Source: a virus
Lineage: Duplodnaviria > Caudoviricetes
Virus record (IMG/VR): IMGVR_UViG_3300042558_002627
Location: 1 to 56,722 of that record
Length of the DNA stretch: 56,722 nt
Strand: one strand, 5' to 3'
Shown one piece after another: positions 17,163 to 26,875 of the stretch (the stretch's first letter is position 1; each line of letters begins with the position of its first letter). Position numbers and translations under genes: made by a program. The notes beneath the pieces were generated by a model, which saw nothing but the letters and a program-made list of their open reading frames with translations, searched no databases and was not told the origin of the DNA.

Positions 17163-20100
17163 TGGAAAGACAGATTAATACATACGGAGGAATGAATATG
17201 GATGCTGCTTATGATACCATAGCAGCTAATCTATATGTAGATGCAGTTGATATTAGAATATCGACTACCAAAGGAGAATCTATGGGAGCATTTACCAACA
17301 TTCAAGGTAACGTAGAATCTTTTGAAATTCCTTCTGAAGGAGATTGGGGTATTGCTGTAGGGGTTCCAGAAATTATCGGATACACAACTATTAGAAGTAG
17401 AATTATACTTTTTGTAGCAGACGACTCTAATTCTAATGGCTGGATATACGAAATACAATATAACGAAGCTACTCGTGAAATCCTTCCTGGATTTCCTAGT
17501 TTACTTTATTTTAATGCTGCTTTAAATTTTAGTAAAGAGTTTCCAATTGAGGCATTAGGAAGATACGAGCAAGCAGGAATTCAACGAGTTTATTGGACAG
17601 ATTATAATAATTATCTGCGTTCAATAAATATTAGTTCTCCTGTTTTATTTACAACTCCTCCTGGACTAATCGATATTTATCCTGATACAATTTTTGTTCA
17701 GCCTTTATTGTCTAACATTCTTAATGGGGGAAGTCTATTAGTAGGAGAATATCAAGTAGCTTATAGAGTAAGAACGGCTGATGGTAAAGAATCTTTAATA
17801 TCTCCGCCAAGTAATCTAATTCATGTTACTTCTAAGTCTGAACTATTAACGCAGTCTGCCCAATATACAGGAATGACTAAAGGAGCAAATTCTGGAAAAG
17901 CATTAAGTATTAATGTAGATGTAAGTAACTATGCAAGTTTTACAGAAATAGATGTTTTCTTAATTTTTCATGAAGATTTTAGAGCCTTACCTGAAGTAAC
18001 TTACGTAGAGACTAAAGCTATTTCTGGGTCAATAGTAAACTTCATTATCACAGGAAATGAAGAAACTGCTTACATAATAGAGTACGCAGAATATATAGCA
18101 AAATCTTTTGCTTTTAAAACTGCTAAAAGTATTACTCAGAAAGATAGCTCATTAGTAATTGCTAATTTAAAGTCTTCTAACTTTTCTATTCAAGATCGTT
18201 TAGCAGACTTAAATGAAACTTTTGATACTGACGTAGTACGTTATGATTATTTAGCTACTACAGATAACGATAAATTTTGTAAAAGATATAACAGAGATGC
18301 ACAATGGAGTGATGGATGGTTTAATGACGATCAATTTAAATATCAATCTGATGGTGTAACTTTAGGAGGACAAAGTGATAATATTAGTTTTAAATTTCAC
18401 TTAGAACAATTTACTCTTGATGGAAGTCCTACAAATGGTTTTGTCAATGTAGCTAACGTTCCCGATTACGGCCCTGTTCCGCCTCCTCATAATTTAGATG
18501 ATGGCGCCAATTTTTACCAAAATATTACTTTTCCAAATAATGCTTCTCCGTTTATTTCAGGTTTATTACGTGGGTATAAGCGCGGAGAAACATATCGTTT
18601 CGGGATAGTATTCTATAATAAAAAAGGAGAGAGTTCTTTTGTAGAACATTTATGTGATATTAAGTTTCCAGATATCTCTGACCAAGATGATGTGCCGAAT
18701 AATTCGGGGACTACTTATTTTCCATTAACCACTTCTAGTGGTACTACTACTTACGGGTATGCCCTAGGAGTAGAGTTTACTTTAGACTTTTCTACTTGTC
18801 CAACTTTTTTAACAGAAATAGATAGTTATCAAATAGTAAGACTAGAAAGAACTAATGTAGACAAACGACGCATTACTTCAGGTATTATAAAAGCCTTTGC
18901 TGATATTGATATAGGAGCTCCTAACACTGGATTAGATTTTGATTTAACTCAACCTATTGGAGGTTCTGTAGTATCAGGAGGAAGTGATATTTATCACATT
19001 TATCCTGAAAACAAAATAGGAACTACTTTTAATAATTTACATGGAGTAACTCGTCCTTACGGAGATGTACCAGGAGATTTTATTGCTTTCCACAGTGCAG
19101 ATGTTTCTTATAATTTTGATAATATAGGAGAGTTAATTACTTCTACTAATAATGCATGCGTACTTGTTACAGGAGGTCTAAACCATCCTGCAGGTGTTCT
19201 TTTACCTACAGTAGATTTATCAGGCCCTGAAGACTTATGTAAAATAGCTCAAGATTATAGAGTAACTATGCGAGACATAATTGACTTACAAAGTTTATCT
19301 CCAGAAAATATTAAGATTTGGGCAAACGGCAAATCAAAAGTAGGGATGTACTCTACTTCAGAATATACCGATAATGTGATTGGGCCTTTTGATGTAGGAG
19401 GTACAGCTACTTACTTGCGTAATTATTCTGCTAGTTATGACACTATTACTAGTACAGGTATTAATGATCCTCAAGGAAGTCCTGCAGCAAATAGTCCTAA
19501 TTTTGAAATTAGTAAAGGCGCTACAGGAATTATCGGTAAAATAGGAAAATTATTAGTAGATCCTATTGATGCAGCACCAATTCCTGCTTCATCTTTGTAT
19601 GATAATTTTTCAAATTTTGTAACTGTTTCTACAGGATCTGAGTCAGCATTTATTCCTATTGTAGATATTGTTCTTCCTAAAGAAGAAATTTACGGAGGAT
19701 ATACTAATGATGTATTAGCAGCTAATGTTTTTATTTCTGCTTCTCCAATTATTCCTGTAGGAGAAACTAATCCTAAAGTATTTGGTGGAGACATTTTTAT
19801 AAACATGTTTACTTTCCAAAGTGGAACTATTGAATTAGATACAATATTTTACAAAAATGCTGGGGGACTTTCTCCTGATGCATTTGGAACTTCTTATTCT
19901 AGAACAGGAGCTTTTCCAGTAGAGTCTTCTATAAATATTGATTTAGCACAAGGAGCTACTATAAAGACTGGAGTTAAATATACAGAAGCTTTAAATGGTA
20001 CTCAGAATACAGTACTTAGACAAGAGACTGCTAATACTTACACACAGTATGGAGAAAATTTGTTTATGTATGCTTACAACACAGTATATTCTCAAGAAAA

Positions 20101-21421
20101 TAATAATGTAACTTTCTTTACTAAACCGTTAAACTTTGATAGTACTTCAGCTGCCAATGACATCCGAGCGTATTTATCAAATGTAAAAATCAACGGAGAT
20201 AAGATCGATGCTTGGACAAAATTCGGCGCTAACAACTATTATGATGTTGACGACTACGGTCCAATCAATAAAGTAATCAATTGGAAAGATACAGTTTACT
20301 TTATTCAAGATAGAGGCTTTGGAGCTTATGCTATCAATAGAGCTGCTATCACTACTACTAATGACGGAGTTCCTACACAATTAGGTACAGGTCAAGGATT
20401 TGGTAAACACCAATATTTTTCTAAAGAGCATGGAGCAATTCATCAATGGGGAATAAAAACTACAGACTCTGGTATATATTTATTTGACGGTATTCACAGA
20501 AAGATTTTTGTATTTAGTACTTCAGGAAATGGAGGAGGAGAAAATAATCCTTTATCAGAAATTAAAGGATTACATAGTTTCTTACAATTACTTCCTGATG
20601 GAGTATTCTATAGAAAAGAAAATCAAGGAGATAATCCAATAAAAGGTTACGGAGTTACTATTGGAAAAGATAGAATAAATGATGAAGTAATTTTTACATT
20701 CCTATCTACTACTCCTAGAGTATTAGACATTGTTTCAGGAGAAACTTATTATCCAGGAGATATTATTATCTATGAAGATTCATATTATGTAGTAAATGAA
20801 GAATTTACAGCTTCAGCAAATCCTCAAATTTTACAAGGACAATTAGAAAAATATACGGACCCAGTATCAATTAATCCTACGTTACAAGCAACTAGTATTG
20901 TATATGACGAATTGATGCAGCAGTTTTCTTCTAAGTACTCAGCTACTCCAAGAATGTGGATAGAGAACGGAGATATTTTATTGTCTGCTGATCCTGCTGA
21001 AGGAAATCTTTTATACACGCACAACATTGGTAATTGGGGAGAATTCTATGGTAATGTAGAAGAAGCTTCTATTACTTTAGTAATTAATCCACAAGCTGAT
21101 ATAAATAAAATTCTTCGTACTTTAGAATTCAATTCTATTGTAAGAGATGATTTAAAACAAATAGATAGATCTGTTACTATTACTGCTTTTAGAGTCGAGA
21201 CTCAAGACCAAGATACAGGAAAGATTCCTTTCTCTTCAGGTAGAATTAAACGTAGATTTGATAAGTGGAGAGTTAAACTTCCGAGAGATACTAACTCAAT
21301 AAATCAACGTGCACGTTTGAGAAGTACACATTTTATTGTAACTTTATACTTTGATAATAGCGACAATAAAGAATTTATAATGAATCGTTTAATATCGTAT
21401 TTCGACTATCAGATATTCTAA
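17162..21421 (+). CDS. Tail stabilization / muzzle protein (P22 gp10-like)
   Basis: 1419 aa; N-terminal GGMNMD, VYWTDYNNYLRSINI, GYKRGETYRFGIVFYN, FGGDIFI and YGPINK motifs of crAss tail stabilization proteins. Confidence 0.75.
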   Translation: MERQINTYGGMNMDAAYDTIAANLYVDAVDIRISTTKGESMGAFTNIQGNVESFEIPSEGDWGIAVGVPEIIGYTTIRSRIILFVADDSNSNGWIYEIQYNEATREILPGFPSLLYFNAALNFSKEFPIEALGRYEQAGIQRVYWTDYNNYLRSINISSPVLFTTPPGLIDIYPDTIFVQPLLSNILNGGSLLVGEYQVAYRVRTADGKESLISPPSNLIHVTSKSELLTQSAQYTGMTKGANSGKALSINVDVSNYASFTEIDVFLIFHEDFRALPEVTYVETKAISGSIVNFIITGNEETAYIIEYAEYIAKSFAFKTAKSITQKDSSLVIANLKSSNFSIQDRLADLNETFDTDVVRYDYLATTDNDKFCKRYNRDAQWSDGWFNDDQFKYQSDGVTLGGQSDNISFKFHLEQFTLDGSPTNGFVNVANVPDYGPVPPPHNLDDGANFYQNITFPNNASPFISGLLRGYKRGETYRFGIVFYNKKGESSFVEHLCDIKFPDISDQDDVPNNSGTTYFPLTTSSGTTTYGYALGVEFTLDFSTCPTFLTEIDSYQIVRLERTNVDKRRITSGIIKAFADIDIGAPNTGLDFDLTQPIGGSVVSGGSDIYHIYPENKIGTTFNNLHGVTRPYGDVPGDFIAFHSADVSYNFDNIGELITSTNNACVLVTGGLNHPAGVLLPTVDLSGPEDLCKIAQDYRVTMRDIIDLQSLSPENIKIWANGKSKVGMYSTSEYTDNVIGPFDVGGTATYLRNYSASYDTITSTGINDPQGSPAANSPNFEISKGATGIIGKIGKLLVDPIDAAPIPASSLYDNFSNFVTVSTGSESAFIPIVDIVLPKEEIYGGYTNDVLAANVFISASPIIPVGETNPKVFGGDIFINMFTFQSGTIELDTIFYKNAGGLSPDAFGTSYSRTGAFPVESSINIDLAQGATIKTGVKYTEALNGTQNTVLRQETANTYTQYGENLFMYAYNTVYSQENNNVTFFTKPLNFDSTSAANDIRAYLSNVKINGDKIDAWTKFGANNYYDVDDYGPINKVINWKDTVYFIQDRGFGAYAINRAAITTTNDGVPTQLGTGQGFGKHQYFSKEHGAIHQWGIKTTDSGIYLFDGIHRKIFVFSTSGNGGGENNPLSEIKGLHSFLQLLPDGVFYRKENQGDNPIKGYGVTIGKDRINDEVIFTFLSTTPRVLDIVSGETYYPGDIIIYEDSYYVVNEEFTASANPQILQGQLEKYTDPVSINPTLQATSIVYDELMQQFSSKYSATPRMWIENGDILLSADPAEGNLLYTHNIGNWGEFYGNVEEASITLVINPQADINKILRTLEFNSIVRDDLKQIDRSVTITAFRVETQDQDTGKIPFSSGRIKRRFDKWRVKLPRDTNSINQRARLRSTHFIVTLYFDNSDNKEFIMNRLISYFDYQIF

Positions 21422-24400
21422 TGAAAAAGAAGCCTAAAAATATACCTAGTCCATATGAATTTGAAGGTACTCCAATCTTCAGAGATACTACGGATTTGCC
21501 TTTTTTAAACGGAGGTCCATTAGTAGATAAGACAAATCATGGTAAATTATTAAATAGTATATATGCTTCTGCATTAGGAGATTACTATGCCAATGGCGGT
21601 ATGTTAAAAAGAGCTGACGGTTCTTCTTCTCCAAGAGGTTTATGGGATAATATTAGAGCTAAAGCTGCTTCTAATAAAAGAGCAGGAAAAGAAGGTAAGG
21701 CTCCTAGTAAAGAAATGTTGGCTCAAGAAAAAAAGATTAACAGAGAATATAAAGAAGGGGGTCAATTTGTTACACCATATTCTTTGCCTGAAGATAGTTT
21801 TATGCAAGGAGGAAGAAATTTACACAATAGTGTATACGCATCTTCTCCTGGACAATATCCAGCACCTTATAACTTTGGCGGAACATTACACAATAATCTA
21901 GCTACTAGACAACAGATGTATATGCCGCTAGATCATATTACTCGCGAAGGTGGTTCTATTTTATCAATGTCAAATACTCCGCAATTAGAAGGAGAAGGTA
22001 AAGATTTAGATTATAAAAATGGTGGTCATATGTATCCTGATGGAGGCCAGCTTTTTACATATTCAGGAAGACCAGGTGCTACTTATCAAAAAGTAAATAA
22101 CCAATGGTATATTAATACAGATAAAACTAACGGTGAATTTATTCCCGTACAGGATCCAACAGGAAAACGCACTGCTTTATTAAATGCTCAAGCTAAACCA
22201 ATGGCTATGCCTGCTAATAAGTACCAACGTAATTATGATCCATTATTAGACAGCAAACCACAAGTAGCGGAGAGTACTGTACCTAAAAATAGTTTTGATG
22301 CAGGCATGCAAAAAAGTGTGCAGAATAAATTAAGTCAAGGTGCTGCAGAAAATCAAGCTGTTAAAGCAGAGACTATTAATGCAATAAAAAATTCTGCAAC
22401 TCTTACTAAAGAACAAAAAAATGAAATTCTTTTAGATCCAAAAAAAGTAGAAGAATATAAATATTTAGGAGAAAATGCTGTTTACGGAGATCCTAATCAA
22501 GGAGCTATAAAAGAATTTGATCCTAACGATAAACCTAACAGAGTTTGGGAAATAGTTACTAATCCCCTTACTGCTTTCGAATATGCTGTTTCTGGAGGAG
22601 GTGTAGAAAACATGCCGCGCAATATCAATGAAATGCGCATGGCAGGTATTGATCCAGGAGTAGTAGAAGGTAGAAATTTAGTAGGGAATGCAATAAACTC
22701 TAATCTTAATTTATTAGATGCGGGCGATAAGTTTACGCGCAATGCTGAAGAAGGAAAATACTTAGCAGCTTTAGGAGAAGGAATGCGTTTTATTCCAGCA
22801 GGAGCAGGAGCAATAGCAGGTACTAAAACATTAGTAAATCAAGCAGAAAGATTAGGGTTACAAAATGTTGCCACAGGTAAAGCTAATTTTAGCGATTTAT
22901 TTGTTAGAGACGATTTGTATAATATTAAAACTGTAGAAGGATTAGCAAATTACAAAAAAGCTTTAGCAGAAGGAAAAATTAGTGCTACTAATAATAGATT
23001 CTATAGTACAGAATCTAATCCAGATTTCTTAAACTATATTAAAGGAGAAGAAGAAGTATTCTTACATAGAGTTCCTCAAACAAAAGCAGCAGCTGCTGGA
23101 AAAAGTTTAGCAAAGATAAAACCAAAAGGAGATGCTTTAATGGCTAGACAACGTAGTCTTCCTCCATCTGCTGATGTAGACGAGTTAATTGCATCAGGAG
23201 AATTAGCAGGATACTCTGATGAAACATTACAATCTCTTAAAGAAGTTGCGGCTAATCCAGAAGGATATTGGAATTTAGATGTTTATAAAAACAATCCTGA
23301 ATTACAAAAACTAATAGCAGATCCGCACTTAGTAAATCGCAATGAGCATTTTTTAAAAAGACCTGCTGTTGAAGATTTTAAACTTACTAATGTTGAGGAC
23401 ATAACAAAAAATGCCCCAGCATTAATAGATGTTAAAAAAATAGGAAAAGATGCATTAAAAGGATATGAAACTTTAAATCCTTTAGGTATTGCTGGGTCTA
23501 AAACTGCACCAAGTAGTATAGAAGAAATTGATAAATATAAATTAGGAGGAACTATGAACTTTAAATCAAACGCAGATTACCATAAATGGTTAGCTTATGG
23601 ACATGCAACAGGTGCATTCGAAAAAACACCAGGTAATCAACCTATAAGTGTTGCTGGAAAATCTCATAATGTACAACATGCATTAGGAGGAAATATGTAT
23701 GCAAGCGGAGGATTTGCTAATGCAGGATTTATGGCTTTGCCTAAAGAGGTTCAAGCTAAAATTAGAGCAAACACATTTGCAGAAGGTGGGCCAATGGAGG
23801 CACAGTTAACAGAATTTACTGAAGGAGGACGTCACGAAGAAAATCCTTTAGGAGGAATTCCTCAAGGAACAGCTCCTGATGGAGGTTTAAATTTAGTAGA
23901 ACAAGGAGAAACTAAATTAAATTCTTCTAATTATATATTTTCAGATTCTTTAAAAGTTGACAAAGTAACTGCAGATCAATTTGCTTTACCTAAAAATGAA
24001 GTAGGAAAAACTTTTGCAGAAATTTCTAAGAAATTGAATAGACCTAATTCTCGTAGAGAAAATGATACTATCGAACAAGTAGCTATCAAAAGAGATTTAG
24101 ATAATCTAATGAACGCACAAGAACAGTTTAAGCAAAAAGAAGTTCAAAAGAAAATGGATGAAATCCAAGCTTTAGACCCTAATGCTTTAGCAGGATTACA
24201 ACAAGGTGCGCCACAACAAATGCCTCAAATGGATCAAATGCAACAAATGCAAGGAGCTCCTGAGATGCAGCAAAATGTTCCACAATCTGTACAACCTATG
24301 GGAATGCCAGAAGGACAACCTATGGACCCTAATCAAATACCTCCTGAGATGTTAGCACAGATGCCTGAAGCACAACAAGGTCAACCTGTTATGGCTATGG

Positions 24401-26850
24401 GCGGTGGTATGTATAAATGTGGAGGCAAGATGTATAATTTTGGTGGAAGCATGTACGACTTTGGTGGATTCGTAAAAGAAAACAACGATGCATTTACTCA
24501 AGCAGGAACTGGTGCTTTAAAAGGTGCAGGTAAAGGAGCTATGATGGGAGCTAATCCAGTATTAATGGCGGCTACAGGAGGATTATCTGCTCCTATTGGT
24601 GCAGTTTTAGGAGGTTTAGCTGGAGGTATTTCAGGAGGAGTAAAAGGACATAAACAAGATGAAGCAGAATATAAAGCTAAAATTGATGCTGCTAATAAAG
24701 AAAGACTAACTGGAGTACAAACAGAAATTCCACAAGAAGCTTCTAATAATACAGCAATGGCTTTAGGACAAGCAGCTTTACAAGGAGGTCAAGATATGAT
24801 GGGAGCTTTTGCAAAAACGCCTACAGCACCAGCAACTCCTACTTCAGGTGGAGGAGTTCCAGTAATGGATAATGCAGGAAATCAAATGACAGGTACAGGA
24901 GATGCATATTCTTGGAATTCAGGTAATATGCCGACAATGCCTAATAATATGGTTAATGCTGGTATGCAAAATAATCCTTATCAAGGATTTAGAGCAGGAG
25001 GATTTGCACATAATGCAGGTCCAATGGGACAACCTTTAACTAATCTTTATGCAGAAGGAGGTTTTATGGTAGATCCAGGAGAACCAGGTGGACCTGGAAC
25101 TTCAGCAAACCCAACAGCTTTGGCTCCTGTTACAGTAACTCGACCAAAAACTTCTGCTCCAGCAATTGCTTCTTATAATCCTACTTTAGGAAGTGACTAC
25201 GCAAGTCAATATACTTCAAGTTTAGAAGGCTACAAAAATAATCCTAAAGACCCTAAAACAGGAGCTCCTATGTATGGTTCAGGAGGATCAGATGCAGGAA
25301 GTCCTACAGGTACAGGAGGAGATTACCGTCCTTATACTACTGCAGAACGTGCTGCTAGAATTAAAATGATAGAAGGACTACCTGCTACAGAATTACGTCC
25401 TGATTATTTAGAAGAGTATCAAGTATTAAAAAATAACAAACCTTATTTTGTTGCTTCTCAACAGCCAGATAAATATATTTACGAACCTTATGATTTACGT
25501 AAATATACTCCACCAACAGCAGAATCATTATCTACAATGTATCCACCTGCGCCAGACCCTAATGCATTAAAACAAAATTATTACACTGATGCAAACACTG
25601 GTCAAGTAGTAAAAGATTATGATCCTACAACTGGACAAATGGTTCCTAGAAAAATTGAAGGATTGACTACAGGAAGTATTCAATATAGTCAACCATTAGA
25701 ACAAATGGCTAATGATCCAGCAAGATTAGCAGCAAAAGCACAACAAGTTGAACAACGTAATGAAAATGTTGACTTATTAAAAAATATGACTGCTGAACAA
25801 AAAGCAGCAATGAGAGCTGCTGGTCAATCTCCTAGACAATTTTTAGGATTAGATCAAGAATCGAATACTACTCAAAAAGAAATGGGAGGTTACTTAGATT
25901 CTCCCACAGAAGACGATATGATTAATCATCTTACTAATCTCCAACAGTCTGGAGCTACTCACTCTTTTTTACGTGGTGGAGGATTTAGTCTTGAAAGAGA
26001 TTCATTAGGAAATATTGTTCCTTATAAAGTAGATTATGATGCACTAGATAGTGCAGCTTCTTTAGATAATCCTTATAATAAAGGAAGTTTAGCAACTAGA
26101 ATGGCTTTACCAGATAGTAATGTAGATTTTGCTAATATGACTGAAGAAGAAAAAGCAAAAGTATTATCTGATTTAAAAGAAGTTGATGAAACTTTAAAAT
26201 ACAAGAATCAAGATTTAACTATGAATCAAACTCTTGCTCAAGGAGTAGGTCAATTACTTCCTGCAGCATATAATCTTGGTTTAGGATTGTTTGGTAAAGT
26301 AGATAAATTAGATCCAAGAAGCTTTTACCAAAAAGCAGATTTTTCACCATGGGAATATAATATTGATCCACAGAAAAAAGAAGTACAACGTTCTTATGCT
26401 CAATTATCAAAAGCTGCTAGAGACACTGGTTTAGGTGGAGGATCCTACATGAGTAATATGCAACAAGCAGCTATGAGTCGTAACGAAGCAATGTCTAAAC
26501 TTTATGCAGAAAAACAAAATGTAGATGCGGCAAATGCATTAGATGCTAAAGTAAGAAACAAAGCTATTGAAGCCGCTAATAAAGGAGTTTTAGCTAATGT
26601 TACAGATTACAATATTAAAGCTAGAGAAGCTAAGCAACAAATGGCTGCTGCAGGTTTAAAACAAGGAGCAGATGCTGCTAGAAGTTCTGCAGAAATGGCT
26701 GCTCAAACTGCATACATGAAATTAATAGCTCCTGAATTTGCAGGAACTTTTAAATACAATACTATCTTTGATCAAGCATTAGCAAAAGCTGAAGCAAAAG
26801 CGGCAGCAGCAGCTAAAAAGAAAAAAGAAAAACAAGATAATCAAGCATAA
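21421..26850 (+). CDS. Virion cargo/ejection protein 1, low complexity with repeated xxxGG motifs and a glycine zipper
   Basis: 1809 aa; GGRHEENPLGGIPQG...VEQGETK..YIFSD segment; ~20 [YFMH]xxGG-type motifs; Q/M/P-rich tract; follows the muzzle gene. Confidence 0.65.
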   Translation: MKKKPKNIPSPYEFEGTPIFRDTTDLPFLNGGPLVDKTNHGKLLNSIYASALGDYYANGGMLKRADGSSSPRGLWDNIRAKAASNKRAGKEGKAPSKEMLAQEKKINREYKEGGQFVTPYSLPEDSFMQGGRNLHNSVYASSPGQYPAPYNFGGTLHNNLATRQQMYMPLDHITREGGSILSMSNTPQLEGEGKDLDYKNGGHMYPDGGQLFTYSGRPGATYQKVNNQWYINTDKTNGEFIPVQDPTGKRTALLNAQAKPMAMPANKYQRNYDPLLDSKPQVAESTVPKNSFDAGMQKSVQNKLSQGAAENQAVKAETINAIKNSATLTKEQKNEILLDPKKVEEYKYLGENAVYGDPNQGAIKEFDPNDKPNRVWEIVTNPLTAFEYAVSGGGVENMPRNINEMRMAGIDPGVVEGRNLVGNAINSNLNLLDAGDKFTRNAEEGKYLAALGEGMRFIPAGAGAIAGTKTLVNQAERLGLQNVATGKANFSDLFVRDDLYNIKTVEGLANYKKALAEGKISATNNRFYSTESNPDFLNYIKGEEEVFLHRVPQTKAAAAGKSLAKIKPKGDALMARQRSLPPSADVDELIASGELAGYSDETLQSLKEVAANPEGYWNLDVYKNNPELQKLIADPHLVNRNEHFLKRPAVEDFKLTNVEDITKNAPALIDVKKIGKDALKGYETLNPLGIAGSKTAPSSIEEIDKYKLGGTMNFKSNADYHKWLAYGHATGAFEKTPGNQPISVAGKSHNVQHALGGNMYASGGFANAGFMALPKEVQAKIRANTFAEGGPMEAQLTEFTEGGRHEENPLGGIPQGTAPDGGLNLVEQGETKLNSSNYIFSDSLKVDKVTADQFALPKNEVGKTFAEISKKLNRPNSRRENDTIEQVAIKRDLDNLMNAQEQFKQKEVQKKMDEIQALDPNALAGLQQGAPQQMPQMDQMQQMQGAPEMQQNVPQSVQPMGMPEGQPMDPNQIPPEMLAQMPEAQQGQPVMAMGGGMYKCGGKMYNFGGSMYDFGGFVKENNDAFTQAGTGALKGAGKGAMMGANPVLMAATGGLSAPIGAVLGGLAGGISGGVKGHKQDEAEYKAKIDAANKERLTGVQTEIPQEASNNTAMALGQAALQGGQDMMGAFAKTPTAPATPTSGGGVPVMDNAGNQMTGTGDAYSWNSGNMPTMPNNMVNAGMQNNPYQGFRAGGFAHNAGPMGQPLTNLYAEGGFMVDPGEPGGPGTSANPTALAPVTVTRPKTSAPAIASYNPTLGSDYASQYTSSLEGYKNNPKDPKTGAPMYGSGGSDAGSPTGTGGDYRPYTTAERAARIKMIEGLPATELRPDYLEEYQVLKNNKPYFVASQQPDKYIYEPYDLRKYTPPTAESLSTMYPPAPDPNALKQNYYTDANTGQVVKDYDPTTGQMVPRKIEGLTTGSIQYSQPLEQMANDPARLAAKAQQVEQRNENVDLLKNMTAEQKAAMRAAGQSPRQFLGLDQESNTTQKEMGGYLDSPTEDDMINHLTNLQQSGATHSFLRGGGFSLERDSLGNIVPYKVDYDALDSAASLDNPYNKGSLATRMALPDSNVDFANMTEEEKAKVLSDLKEVDETLKYKNQDLTMNQTLAQGVGQLLPAAYNLGLGLFGKVDKLDPRSFYQKADFSPWEYNIDPQKKEVQRSYAQLSKAARDTGLGGGSYMSNMQQAAMSRNEAMSKLYAEKQNVDAANALDAKVRNKAIEAANKGVLANVTDYNIKAREAKQQMAAAGLKQGADAARSSAEMAAQTAYMKLIAPEFAGTFKYNTIFDQALAKAEAKAAAAAKKKKEKQDNQA
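24391..24470 (+). repeat. Tandem 21-nt / 7-aa coding repeat (MYxxGGx)
   Basis: MAMGGG-MYKCGGK-MYNFGGS-MYDFGGF. Confidence 0.75.
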
Positions 26851-26875
26851 TAGATAATAACAAATACAGATAATC

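Noticed and set aside
24180-24470. CRISPR array or DGR-type repeat in the Q/M/P-rich region
   Set aside because: The repeats are degenerate, in-frame coding repeats with no spacers; no reverse transcriptase or TR/VR pair was seen in the window.
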